Made by a program: the position numbers and the translations under genes. This document shows, piece after piece, positions 53,787 to 64,000 of a stretch of DNA of 64,000 bases. The notes beneath the pieces are model-generated. The model did not search any database and had not been told where the DNA came from. It worked only from the letters and a program-made list of their open reading frames with translations. The stretch comes from Eledone cirrhosa (Eukaryota): NCBI GenBank assembly GCA_964016885.1, contig OZ024756.1, positions 5,022,001 through 5,086,000 on the forward strand, given 5' to 3'. Each line of letters starts with the position of its first letter. Within the stretch, counting starts at the first letter, position 1.

Positions 53787-56698
53787 GCACGTTGGTACTA
53801 TGTGGGAGCATGTCCAGAAAACGTGGGGTGTAACAGCCTCAAACAGTTAATCGGCCGATTTGACCTGGCCGATAGATATCGACTAGATTTTCCGACTGTG
53901 CCACTGTGGACGTGGACTAATCTTAGCGGAACATCTAGATCGTACCTAGATATGGTTCTAGTTAGAAATAAGGATAGGGAGATGTTAAGCTGTCCACAAA
54001 TGTTCATGGTTGCCTATTCAGATCACAAACTAGTGACCTGCATGGTCAACCTTGATAGAACCCATAGACAAGGACCCGGCTACTGGAAGCTGAATTTGTC
54101 GTTACCGACATGCAAAGCCTACAGTAGACGGATTAGGACTTTAGTTAAACAGCACTTGACAGGGGTCATTGTCAACAACAGATGGTGGTACTCTCTCAAG
54201 AGGGCAGTTAGATTAGACTCGTTAGTTTTAGTAAAAAATTAGCGTTAGATAGAAATAGAACCGAGAAGGAACTGGTAGATAAAGTAGAAGAGGCAATTAG
54301 AAGTGGCAACGTAGCCAGCGTGCTAGCAACGAGAACGGCCTTGGACCAGTTCTTCGACGCAAAGCACGAGGGCTGCGTTGTCAGAAGCAAAATACGAGCT
54401 CTGGGAAACGAGGGAGCCAAAGCTGTTAGCTGGGCCCAAATGACGGAGGCAAAAAGTGCAACAAGTCCACGATTCGGTCTTTGAAGGACCAACACGGACG
54501 CGTGATACGTGAGCCGAAGCAGATGTGTGCGGCCTTTCAGCGGCACTTTTCTCAACTGTTCGGGCAGGGCGGCGCGCTGGGAGGGCTATAGATTTCGGTC
54601 CATACCTCGACGGCCTACCGCGACTCTCGGACAGCGAGGCGAAGTTCTGCGAAAGGCCGATTTCAGCCGCTGAGATAGGGGACGCGCTGAGCCAATGCGG
54701 CAAACGCAAATCGCCAGGTCTCGACGGTCTACCCTACGAATTTTACGTAGCAATGCCGGACTTATTCTCCGGTCTCCTGGAAGCGGTCTACTGCAACTGG
54801 CAACAGAACGGGAGAATTTCCAGTTCTGTGACCGGGGGCGTAGTCACACTAGTAAGGAAGGACGAGAATAAGGGGGATGACATAGGCAACTTCCGGCCCA
54901 TAACTCTGCTAAACAGAGAGTTACATATTTTAGCCAAGGTGTTGGCAAAGAGGCTGGCGCTTGTTGTCGAGAACCTGGTGGGAGAAGAGCAGACATGCGC
55001 AATCCCGACCAGGTCCATACAAGACAACCTCCACCGCATGCGATACATCATAGAGAGGGTAGGGTGTAAACCCGGCTTCGGTGGGGCCCTGATCAACTTG
55101 GATCAGTCTAAGGCTTTCGATAGGGTTGAACATCGTTACCTGGATGCGGTGCTCCGGCGGCAGGCTTCGGACCCGTGTCCAGGGGCTGGATTGCTGCAAT
55201 GCACAACAGCAACATCTGATCAAGGGTCAAGGTGAACGGCTATCTCTCGGAGCCGTTCCATATCACGCGATCCATTCGACAGGGATGCCCTCTCTCCTCC
55301 TTTCTGTACGTACTGACACTGAAGCCACTGCGGAAGTTGGAGCTATTGCAGAGAATCCCTCTGGAACCGGGACTGCGGAAAGCGGCGTCGGCCTACGCCG
55401 ATGACATAACAGTAATGGTGTCGAGCGCCTCGAAAATCGAGGAAGTCGGCACCTTACTGAAGGAATGCGAAGCTGAACTGGGAAAAGTCCATCGGTTTGC
55501 AACTCGAATCGTGGAGAGACAAGCCGATGCCTTCCGATGGCGTCGCCGGACGCTGGACGAAAGGACCGGTAAAGCTGCTCGGTGTCTGGTTTGGTCCGGA
55601 CCTCCAGGTGGAGAAGAACTGGAACGAGGTGACGGCCAAGGTGTTTGCACTAACCCAGAAGTGGGCCGAGTGCAAACTATCCTTGAATAGTCGAGCGGAG
55701 GTGGAGAACACTTTTATAGCGTCCGCCATCTACTACCGCTTGACCATCGTGCCTTGTCCAGCCAAACGCTCACCAAAATGGAGCGCACGCTCTTCCAATT
55801 CCTTTGGAAGAGGCGGGCTCCTTTGGTGAGAAGATCAATTTGCTGCCAACACCCTTCCAACGGAGGGCTGGGGTTGCCGTGGTTGACGATGCTCAAACAC
55901 GCGCTCAGGCTGCGGCATCTCCACGTATTCCTCACCGGACAACCGGTGAGGAATACGTGGAGATGCCGTGGAGATGCTACCGAGTAGCTCTACCAGTTCG
56001 AGACAGACATGGGCGCCCGGGCAGGGACCCTGCAAAAAAGATCTGTCCGAGGTGCGTGCGATACGAAGAAACCGTCGCTCACGCATTCATACACTGCCCG
56101 GGCGTCACCGACCTGTGGGGCTATGTAGAACGACTATTGTCGCGGGTGGGACCAATCCGGTTGACCACCGAGTCCATTGTCATGATCAAACCACCACCCT
56201 CCTTCAAAAACGAAGGAGAGGCGGTTTTCCTTTGTGTGATAGCTATGGCGAAAGAGGTTGTATGGTGGACAAGGTTGAAAGGGCTGAGGTCAGACACCTT
56301 TCTCCCCGGCCAACAACTGATTCTTTTTTTCAAATACCACTTTAGAAGAAGAATGAGGATGGAGAGAGAGAGGGGCTGTACCCCAGCAAGTTTTATGAAA
56401 GGTGGGTGAAAGTGGCGTGAATGGCCCGAGTGAATGGGCTTTCTCTCTATATCAGCCTGTAGGTTGAGGAAAAAGAGGAGGAGAGGAAAGGAGTACAAAC
56501 TCTTCGTACTCCTGGAGATGAGGGTTGCACATTTTTTGGGGGGTATGTGTTACCCATATGTAATGTCTCCCCCTATTGGGGAAAATCGACTAATTTTTAA
56601 ATTGCATTTGTGATAATATTTTACACGTTTTTATTGTATGTAAACTTCCCCCTTTGTATTTGTCCCCTTCTTTTGTGCCCCTGTGGCTAATAAAGAAC
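53787..56698 (+). pseudogene. Frameshifted L1/Tx1-type LINE ORF2 (APE C-terminus, RT, zf-RVT) plus 3' UTR
   Basis: SRSYLD…SDHK…GPGYWKLN (APE end), KSPGLDGL, NFRPITLLN, LDQSKAFDRV, RQGCPLS, AYADD, CPRC…AHAFIHC spread over several frames. Confidence 0.92.
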
Positions 56699-56760
<62 letters not shown>

Positions 56761-56762
56761 CT

Positions 56763-57170
56763 CTAAAGGGTTGAGGTCAGAATCCTTTCTCTCCGGCAAG
56801 GAACTGATTCGTTTTTTCAAATATCATTTTGGAAGAAGAATCAGGATGGAGAGAGGTGCTGTACCTCAGCAAATTTTATAAAAGGTGGGTGAATGTGGCA
56901 AAGATGGCCCGAGTGGTTGGGCCTTCTCTCTATATAAGCCTGTAGGTTGAGGGAAGAGAGGAAGGGAGTACTCACTCTTGGTGCTCCTGGAGATGAGGGT
57001 TGTACATTTTTTCGGGGTGTGTACAACCCCTGTGTAACGCCTCCCCCCTATTGGGGATATCAATTGTTATTTGTTATTTTATTAATAGTTATATTTTCGT
57101 ATACCTGTATGTTAACTCCCTATTTGTATTTGTCCCCTTCTTTTGTGCCCTTGTGGCTAATAAAGAAATT
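56763..57170 (+). mobile_element. L1/Tx1-type LINE short 3' fragment
   Basis: KGLRSESFLSGKELIRFFKYHFGRRIRME plus 3' UTR; between (TCTA)n tracts. Confidence 0.85.
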
Positions 57171-57721
57171 TATCTATCTATCTCTCTATATCTATTTTTT
57201 TTATCTGTCTCTCTATATATCGTTCTATCTATCTGTCTATCTGTCTATCTGTCTATCTAGCTATATCTCTCTATTTATCTACCTCTCTGTTAATCCATCC
57301 ACCTATCTATGCTCCACCATTTATCTATTTATCTATTTACTTTTCTCTCTATCATTCAACCTACCTACCTACCTGTCTGTCTGCCTGTTTATTTTTTTCT
57401 ATCTCTCTATCTATCTATGCGCCCATCTATGCATCCTTCACCCCCTCTCCCTCTCTCTATGTGTGGGTGTCTATATATCATTCTTACATTTACCCAGCGG
57501 GATATTTTATATATTAAATGTGGTACGTTACATTTATTTTACAATGGGTTACAAACCCAGTTTAATATCTCTCGAATATTTCAGATTTCCTGCCATAAAA
57601 TCAAGGAGACGAATAAAATCTTCTCACTGTCTCGTATTGAAATGTTTTTTTCAATCATTTATACAATAAACGTGAAGAGAAAAAAACAGTTGAATTTCAT
57701 AAAGACAAAAACCAAGAGAAA

Positions 57722-57860
57722 TAAATGTTTCTACTTTTGGCACAAGGCCAGCAATTACTCCAGTACATTACTGGTACTTTATTTTATCGACCCCGTAAGG
57801 ATGAAAGGCAAAGTTAACCTCGGCGGGATTTGAACTCAGACCGTAAAGGGTCGTAACTAA
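57722..57860 (-). mobile_element. SINE-A copy
   Basis: Direct similarity. Confidence 0.85.
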
Positions 57861-58682
57861 AGAGAAATAATAAAATACAAAGGTAAGAAGGATTTCTATA
57901 TAATTCACAGGACTTTTTTTTATCTTCTGTGTGTGAATAGCCCTCTCCTCTACTTTCCCCGTGCTATAACTGCCAATTAGGGATCCTCAATGTGCTCACA
58001 CGCGTTGTTAGAAACAGCAGCCAAATATCTCTAAAAAATGTACATTTTTGTTTAAAACGTTTCTGAAGGTTTTTGGCGTACAATTAAGTATTTGTTCTTT
58101 CCCTTCCTCTCTTCTTATTTATGGCATTTATAGTCCTTTCTTTTACTCGCCCATACAGTTAAATCTGCCCTTTTTTATCCGTCCCCTTTTTCTCAATACT
58201 TAACTTTGCATTTATCTTTCTTTTTCATATTTATGTAATCATCTATGTTTTTAAGCCATCTTTGTGAATATAACATCTGTATATTTGACATGTATAACAC
58301 TATGTAATATTATTGTAAAGAAATAAACAGCATTAAAGTGATATGTCTTCATCAGAAAAACAAAAATAGAAAATAAGATATTTGGGGGAAAATAGCAACT
58401 GCAATCTACAAAAAAAAAAAAAGAATTCAGCTGTAAAAGTTTGTGAATTGGATCTAGTGACAACAGGGTTAAGTGGTGTAAAGAAATAGGGGATGGATTT
58501 ATATATTTTATTAGACTTTGGAGAATAGAATAACGCCAGGGAATAGAGTAAGTTTTGAAAATAGAATCAATTTAGCAGAATAAGACAACTTCTTAATAGT
58601 TTCTCCAAACAGTTTCGTAACATCTAACAATAACCTAATAACATTTCATATATATTGCGTGACGTACTTATATATATATAAT

Positions 58683-58810
58683 AGAAAAAAACGAGGAAGT
58701 TTCGTTTACATATGAAATATATTTATTGCGTATCGACCTTCTACGCGCGTCTCGCAGAGGATTGGCTCAAGGTGACTCATAGGAGTTATGGACCAGTATC
58801 AATCTGCTCG

Positions 58811-58813
<3 letters not shown>
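58683..58813 (-). mobile_element. TA-flanked insert with truncated, degenerate hammerhead
   Basis: Minus strand: (a)TGACGA gcagattg…caatcctctgc GAGAC gcgc GTA gaagg…aataaa. Confidence 0.5.
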
Positions 58814-58845
<32 letters not shown>

Positions 58846-58950
58846 TATATATATATAATACACTTTGCATAGCTCTACACCTTGACACAGACGTGAACCT
58901 AAACATCGACTGCTCACCCGGGTGAACTTACAGTAACTCCAAGTTACACT

Positions 58951-58996
<46 letters not shown>

Positions 58997-59182
58997 TATC
59001 TGGCAAAAGCAAACAAGATATGAAAAATATCTTTACTTATGTACTTACTTTAATGTTCCTACTGCAGTTTCATTGAGAAAATAACAATACTCCGAGTATT
59101 GCGAGCAACTCAAATCATCAAGAGACTTTCTCATTCAAGAAAGAAAATTCAAGTCAGAAAGATTCTTCTTTGTTGTTCGCTA

Positions 59183-59473
59183 TCTATATACTAATAAAAT
59201 TCTGTGATTGCTTGCATGCTTGCTTGTTTGCCTGTAATGTAATACAGCCAAAAGGGCGCATAATCAGAAAATACTTTGAAAAGAAGTTGCCCCTGAAATG
59301 GGAATACAAATGGAATAAAACAAAGTTCGCGTAAACTGGACCACGGGTTCCCGAGATATGGGGTTTTTCCGGGTACCATTATAAACAAAGAAAGAGAGAG
59401 AAAGATAGAGATAAAGAGATAGTGGTTGTAAGAGAATAGATTGAAAGGGAGAGGGAGAGGAGACAGAGAAGGA

Positions 59474-59514
<41 letters not shown>

Positions 59515-59864
59515 ATGGTGGTATTTTTCTGTATATATATATGTGTGTGTATATGTGAGTGTGTGTCTATAACCAGTGTATATAGACCACAGACACCCAT
59601 ATATATATATATATATCCAAAATTAAATTAAGGGTGTCATGCCTAAGAGGCATGCGCCATTTCCACTGCAGAATAAGCTTATATATATATATATATATAC
59701 ATATGTATATGTATAGACTCATGTATATATATATACACACACACACAACGTATATATAAGGGTTTTCCAGTTTCATTTCACATTATATACATGTCTGTGT
59801 ATATTCTAATTATTTAAAAATTATTTTTAAGTGAACGTGACCCAACGTGTCACGAGTGGTCTAG
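59183..59864 (+). mobile_element. Non-autonomous Helitron
   Basis: A|TCTATATACTAATAAAA start; hairpin cgtgac ccaacgt gtcacg, then agtggtCTAG|T. Confidence 0.7.
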
Positions 59865-59893
59865 TAAGTTATAATTTAAAATGGAAGAAATAT

Positions 59894-59929
<36 letters not shown>

Positions 59930-59934
<5 letters not shown>

Positions 59935-60276
59935 TGTTTAAATAGTGTATTTTGCAATACACTGTATGCTTAATTAATAGCATTTCGAAGACCTTACGCT
60001 ATTGTTTTAGAGTAGTGACAGTCTCACTTACTTTAATTTTCAGCAAACAGGCGGAGTACTTAGCTTTGATAAGCACCAAAAAGTGCGAAACAGAGCTCTG
60101 TCAGCTTTCTCTCCCCTGTTTGCTGAAAATTAAAGTAAGTGAGACTGTCACTACTCTAAAACAATAGCGTAAGGTCTTCGAAATGCTTTTAATTAAGCAT
60201 ACAGTGTATTGCAAAATACACTATATATACATTCATATATATATATATATCGCTATTTTAGAGCACCAATTCTAAT
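59930..60276. mobile_element. Palindromic mini-element family E (second copy 60514-60830)
   Basis: Arms ~59931-60051 / 60115-60237; degenerate hammerhead tg CTGAAAA…cttc GAAA tgct…agca TA ca. Confidence 0.6.
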
Positions 60277-60295
60277 ATATATATATATATATATA

Positions 60296-60484
60296 TAGGA
60301 ACCAGTAAGACCCCGACGGCTGAGCTCAAGCCGTTTCGACGGCTAATTCTCTTGAATTAGCCGTCGAAACGGCTTGAGCTCAGCCGTCGGGGTCTTACTG
60401 GTTCCTATTACCCACTCTACTACCCTAAGTATTGAGTACTTTGGTGCGTTATGGTCCACCTGGTTCCTTACCACATTTCCTTCG

Positions 60485-60488
<4 letters not shown>
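60296..60488 (+). mobile_element. Family C mini-element in (TA)n
   Basis: Perfect arms 60295-60408 around gaattag; GAAACGGC…GCCGTC ggggtc. Confidence 0.8.
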
Positions 60489-60518
<30 letters not shown>

Positions 60519-60824
60519 CGATTGGTGCTCTGAAATGGCGATGTATACATGAATCGCCGAAAAGAAGTAAGTGACATAGTCACTACTTTAAAACCGATAG
60601 CGAATGGTCTTCTAAATGTTTTTTAATTAAACAAACGGTATATTGCCAAATATACTATACATACATACATGTATACATCGCTATATCAGAGCACCAATAG
60701 TAATACCTAATTTTTGCTGGACCGGCGATCACTCTGTATAATCAGCCCCTGATTATTACTGGAATTCTATGAGGATCCAGCTTTTATAATTTTACGGTAT
60801 ATTGCCAAATATGATATACATACA

Positions 60825-60875
<51 letters not shown>

Positions 60876-60881
<6 letters not shown>

Positions 60882-61048
60882 AAGTATGACCCCGACGGCA
60901 GAGCTCAAGCCGTTTCGAGGGCTATTTCTGGACTGAAATAGCCGTCGAAACGGCTTTAGCTCTGCCGTCGGAGTAATACTTTTTCCTATTTCCCACTCTA
61001 CTACCCTAAGTATTGAGTACTCTGGTGCGTTATGGTCCATCTGGTTCC
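60876..61048 (+). mobile_element. Family C mini-element in (TA)n
   Basis: Centre ggctatttc tggact gaaatagcc. Confidence 0.8.
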
Positions 61049-61119
61049 TTACCACAATTCCTTTGTTATATATATATATATATATATAAACACACTAAGC
61101 CATATGATCCACTGAGTAT

Positions 61120-61232
61120 ACTGGAGCAACGTGAAATACAGTATTTTGCTTAAGAACACAACACACAACCCAGTCCAGGAATCGAACCCACGATATTATG
61201 ATTAGAAGTTCAACACCTTTACCACTAGGCAT
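61120..61232 (-). mobile_element. SINE-B fragment
   Basis: ccagtccaggaatcgaaccc is a reverse-complement B box. Confidence 0.65.
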
Positions 61233-62211
61233 GACTGTGTTCTAAATAACTATGTCGAATTATTTCTATATTTAAATAACAACGAACATTGAAGAAAAAA
61301 TAAAACCGCCATCAACAATGAGACTAATAAAAAAACAATAAGAAGTATTACAACAAAGAATTTATATTGGTTGGGGAAGTTTGTTTCTTTATGAAGGAAC
61401 TATCGTAACCAAAGGCCAGTTTATATATGGCAGCCAATGGGAAGAGGAGGAAGGATAGAGCAGGATAACATGTCATAAATATATAGGAAACGGAAATAGG
61501 AAGAAGAGCGAGAGGGATGGAGAGAGAGAGGAAGAGAGAGAGAGAAAGTGTTAGAGAGAGGTAGAGAGTCAGAGAGAGAGAGAGTTAGATACAGTCAGAG
61601 ACAGAGAGAAATGGGTAGAGAGAGAGGGGGGAGGGTAGAGAGAAAGTAGAGAGAAAGAGAGTGTGTGTGAGAGAGAGAAAGAGAGAGAAAGTGTGCGTGT
61701 GTGTGAGAGAGAGAGAAAGAGTAAGACAAAAAATAATTTTATTCTCTAGATAGATGCTTAAAAACACTTTACAAGAAAAAAGCGAACAATGGAAAAAGAT
61801 AAAAAACGAACAGGTTATAAAAGGAGGAAAGGAAAATGTGAAAGAAACTCACGTACATTAAAATTAAACAACAACAACAACAATAACAACAATAACAACG
61901 AGAACAACACAAACAATAATAACAACAACAACAACAGTAACAACAACAACAACAACAATAACAGTAGCACAAACTATAATAAATGGGTTTATACACATAT
62001 ATGTAAATGTTAAATTCACACAGATACATATAAATATGTCATAAATGTTGACACTGACACATACACACGCGCACACACACACACGCACACACGTGGGGCA
62101 ACACATATACTCACACACATGTATATATTGATGTATTTGCCACCACGATAAAATAAGGTCACCTGGTATGAGAGGAACACGTTTGTGTTTGTCCTATTTT
62201 CCATTCGAATT

Positions 62212-62258
<47 letters not shown>

Positions 62259-62262
<4 letters not shown>

Positions 62263-62976
62263 TATGTACACGTACATACATATATGTATACAGACGTACA
62301 GTAGTATGTATATATATATACATGCAAACATATATATATGTACGTATAGATTCATCGAACATTTATTATAATGCTCGGTGTGTTTGTAAACAAACATCCC
62401 GTATTAAGCCGTAGTGTCTAGCAACCATCGTTGCTCGTTTGTTCAACACTGACAAAGGAACGCTGTACTAGTTTCAAGCTTATTAGCTATCGTCAGCAAC
62501 GTATACCTTCCTGCCAGATCGTTGAACGTATATACTTACCTTATGCATATTAACGGCTGAGTAGCCCAATTTGCATATCGAGTGGGTTAATCGGCCGGGT
62601 GCACCGAAAACGATAAACGGAAAAAATGAAAGAAATTTAATTTCCCACTCTTAGTACGGCTGTTACTTAAATATAAGTATGTAGACGTACATACATATAT
62701 GTATACAGACGTACAGTAGTGTTGAACAAACGAGCAACGATGGTTGCTAGACACTACGGCTTAATACGGGATGTTTGTTTACAAACACACCGAGCATTAT
62801 AATAAATGTTCGGTGAATCCATACGTACATATATATATGTGTGCATGTATGTATATAAATATGCATACTACTGTACGTCTGTATACATATATGTATGTAC
62901 GTGTACATACTTATATTTAAGTAACAGCCGTGCTAAGAGTGGGAAATGAAATTTCTTTCATTTTTTTCCGTTTATA
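62259..62976 (-). mobile_element. Retrozyme/pLTR-like element: 1.1 head-to-tail monomers (~415 nt) plus inverted arm, in (TA)n
   Basis: agtatgtaSacgtacatac at 62261 and again at 62676; 62718-62975 is the reverse complement of 62261-62450 plus tail. Confidence 0.75.
62461..62501 (-). ncRNA. Minimal type I hammerhead ribozyme
   Basis: Minus strand: cgttg CTGACGA t agct aata agct t GAAAC ta GTA cagcg; palindromic stem III ACTAGT. Confidence 0.85.
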
Positions 62977-62989
62977 TATATATATAAAT

Positions 62990-63395
62990 ATAATTAAAAG
63001 TTTAACAAGGTTCAATGAATTAATCAATGAATAAAGTTTCACAATAGATTATAAGCACTCTACAGTAGGGTTTTCTGGAGTTATTAATATTACTTCAAAA
63101 TATTAATAAATATAGACATTCATGTGATCAAATATATTTTATTATACATATTTCAGAGATACTGAGCTATTTCAACAGTACGTCCTCATCAGATAAAATA
63201 AGTTGATGCCTGACATACCTTGACTATGTTGATGACTAAATTATAACCATCAACATAGTCAAGGTACGTCAGGCATCAACTTATTTTATCTGATGAGGAC
63301 GTACTGTTGAAATAGCTCAGTATCTCTGAAATATATATAATAAAATATATTTGATCACATGAATGTCCATATTTATTGATATTTTGAAGTAATAT
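62990..63395 (-). mobile_element. Palindromic hammerhead mini-element (family B-related)
   Basis: Arms ~63087-63394 centred ~63241; tail homologous to 29186-29276. Confidence 0.8.
63282..63347 (+). ncRNA. Type I hammerhead ribozyme (mirror 63135-63200 on -)
   Basis: tattttat CTGATGA ggacgtactg ttgaaatagct cagtatctct GAAA tatata TA ataaaata; 8-bp stem I. Confidence 0.82.
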
Positions 63396-63406
63396 ATATA
63401 TATATA

Positions 63407-63584
63407 TAGGAACGAGTAGGACCCCGACGGCTGAACTCAAGCCGTTTCGACGGCTAATTCTGAACGGCTAATTCTGAGCTCAGCCGTCGGGGTCCTACTC
63501 GTTCCTATTACCCACTCTACTACCCTAAGTATTGAGTACTTTGGTGCGTTATGGTCCTCCTGGTTCCTTACCACATTTCCATCG

Positions 63585-63587
<3 letters not shown>
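63407..63587 (+). mobile_element. Family C mini-element in (TA)n
   Basis: Same arms and tail as 60296-60488. Confidence 0.78.
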
Positions 63588-63630
<43 letters not shown>

Positions 63631-64000
63631 GTTGAGAACTCTATTCGATTTGTGATGTTTTGTATTCTTGCAATTAGATACACAACTGAATTCATTCGCC
63701 CGATATAGGGGTTGCCTCCCTTGCCGATCCCCACGTGGGGTCAGCAATAGTCAGTCCTTGTATTAACATTGAAATAAAACCTGTTGAGAAAGCCGCTTCC
63801 TTGTTCAATCATCTTACCAGAAGCCTAACATTAATTATTTATATATGTAAGCGGACAGTACGTGATTTAGGAGTCGCAGAAACCGAAATACTGGATTTTA
63901 CCAACCTTCCAAGGGTCCGGGTAAATTTTTCAGTCACAAATATTTTTATTTGTTTGACCCGAATTACTTGATCGTTGTTTTTAGCTGTGCGAATAATTGT

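Noticed and set aside
63630-64000. RT-like peptide IYPDPWKVGKI on the minus strand
   Set aside because: Surrounded by stops, with no further motifs.

Overview
Repeat-saturated eukaryotic DNA with no recognisable host gene; the SINE repertoire resembles cephalopod (octopus-like) DNA, which is an inference from recalled similarity. Almost all long ORFs in the track are microsatellite translations. Recognisable content: (TA)n/(CA)n/(TCTA)n/(CCA)n microsatellites; three satellite arrays (55-bp x ~90, 75-bp x ~18, 53-bp x ~30); five fragments of one L1/Tx1-type LINE sitting in (TCTA)n; CRE-type and RTE-type LINE 3' fragments; more than 20 SINE copies; two non-autonomous Helitrons; two mariner-like MITEs. 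The main hidden signal is about 20 short (150-700 bp) non-coding inserts, mostly in (TA)n tracts and from several sequence-unrelated families. Many are fold-back palindromes and most carry a complete, variant or partial type I hammerhead ribozyme motif (CUGANGA-stem II-GAAA-stem III-NUH). They share an architecture (ribozyme, AATAAA, fixed boundary, ACTC...GAGT tail), and one shows a ~415-nt head-to-tail monomer. This looks like a microsatellite-targeting Penelope-like pLTR / retrozyme system. All structures were read by eye and were not computed.
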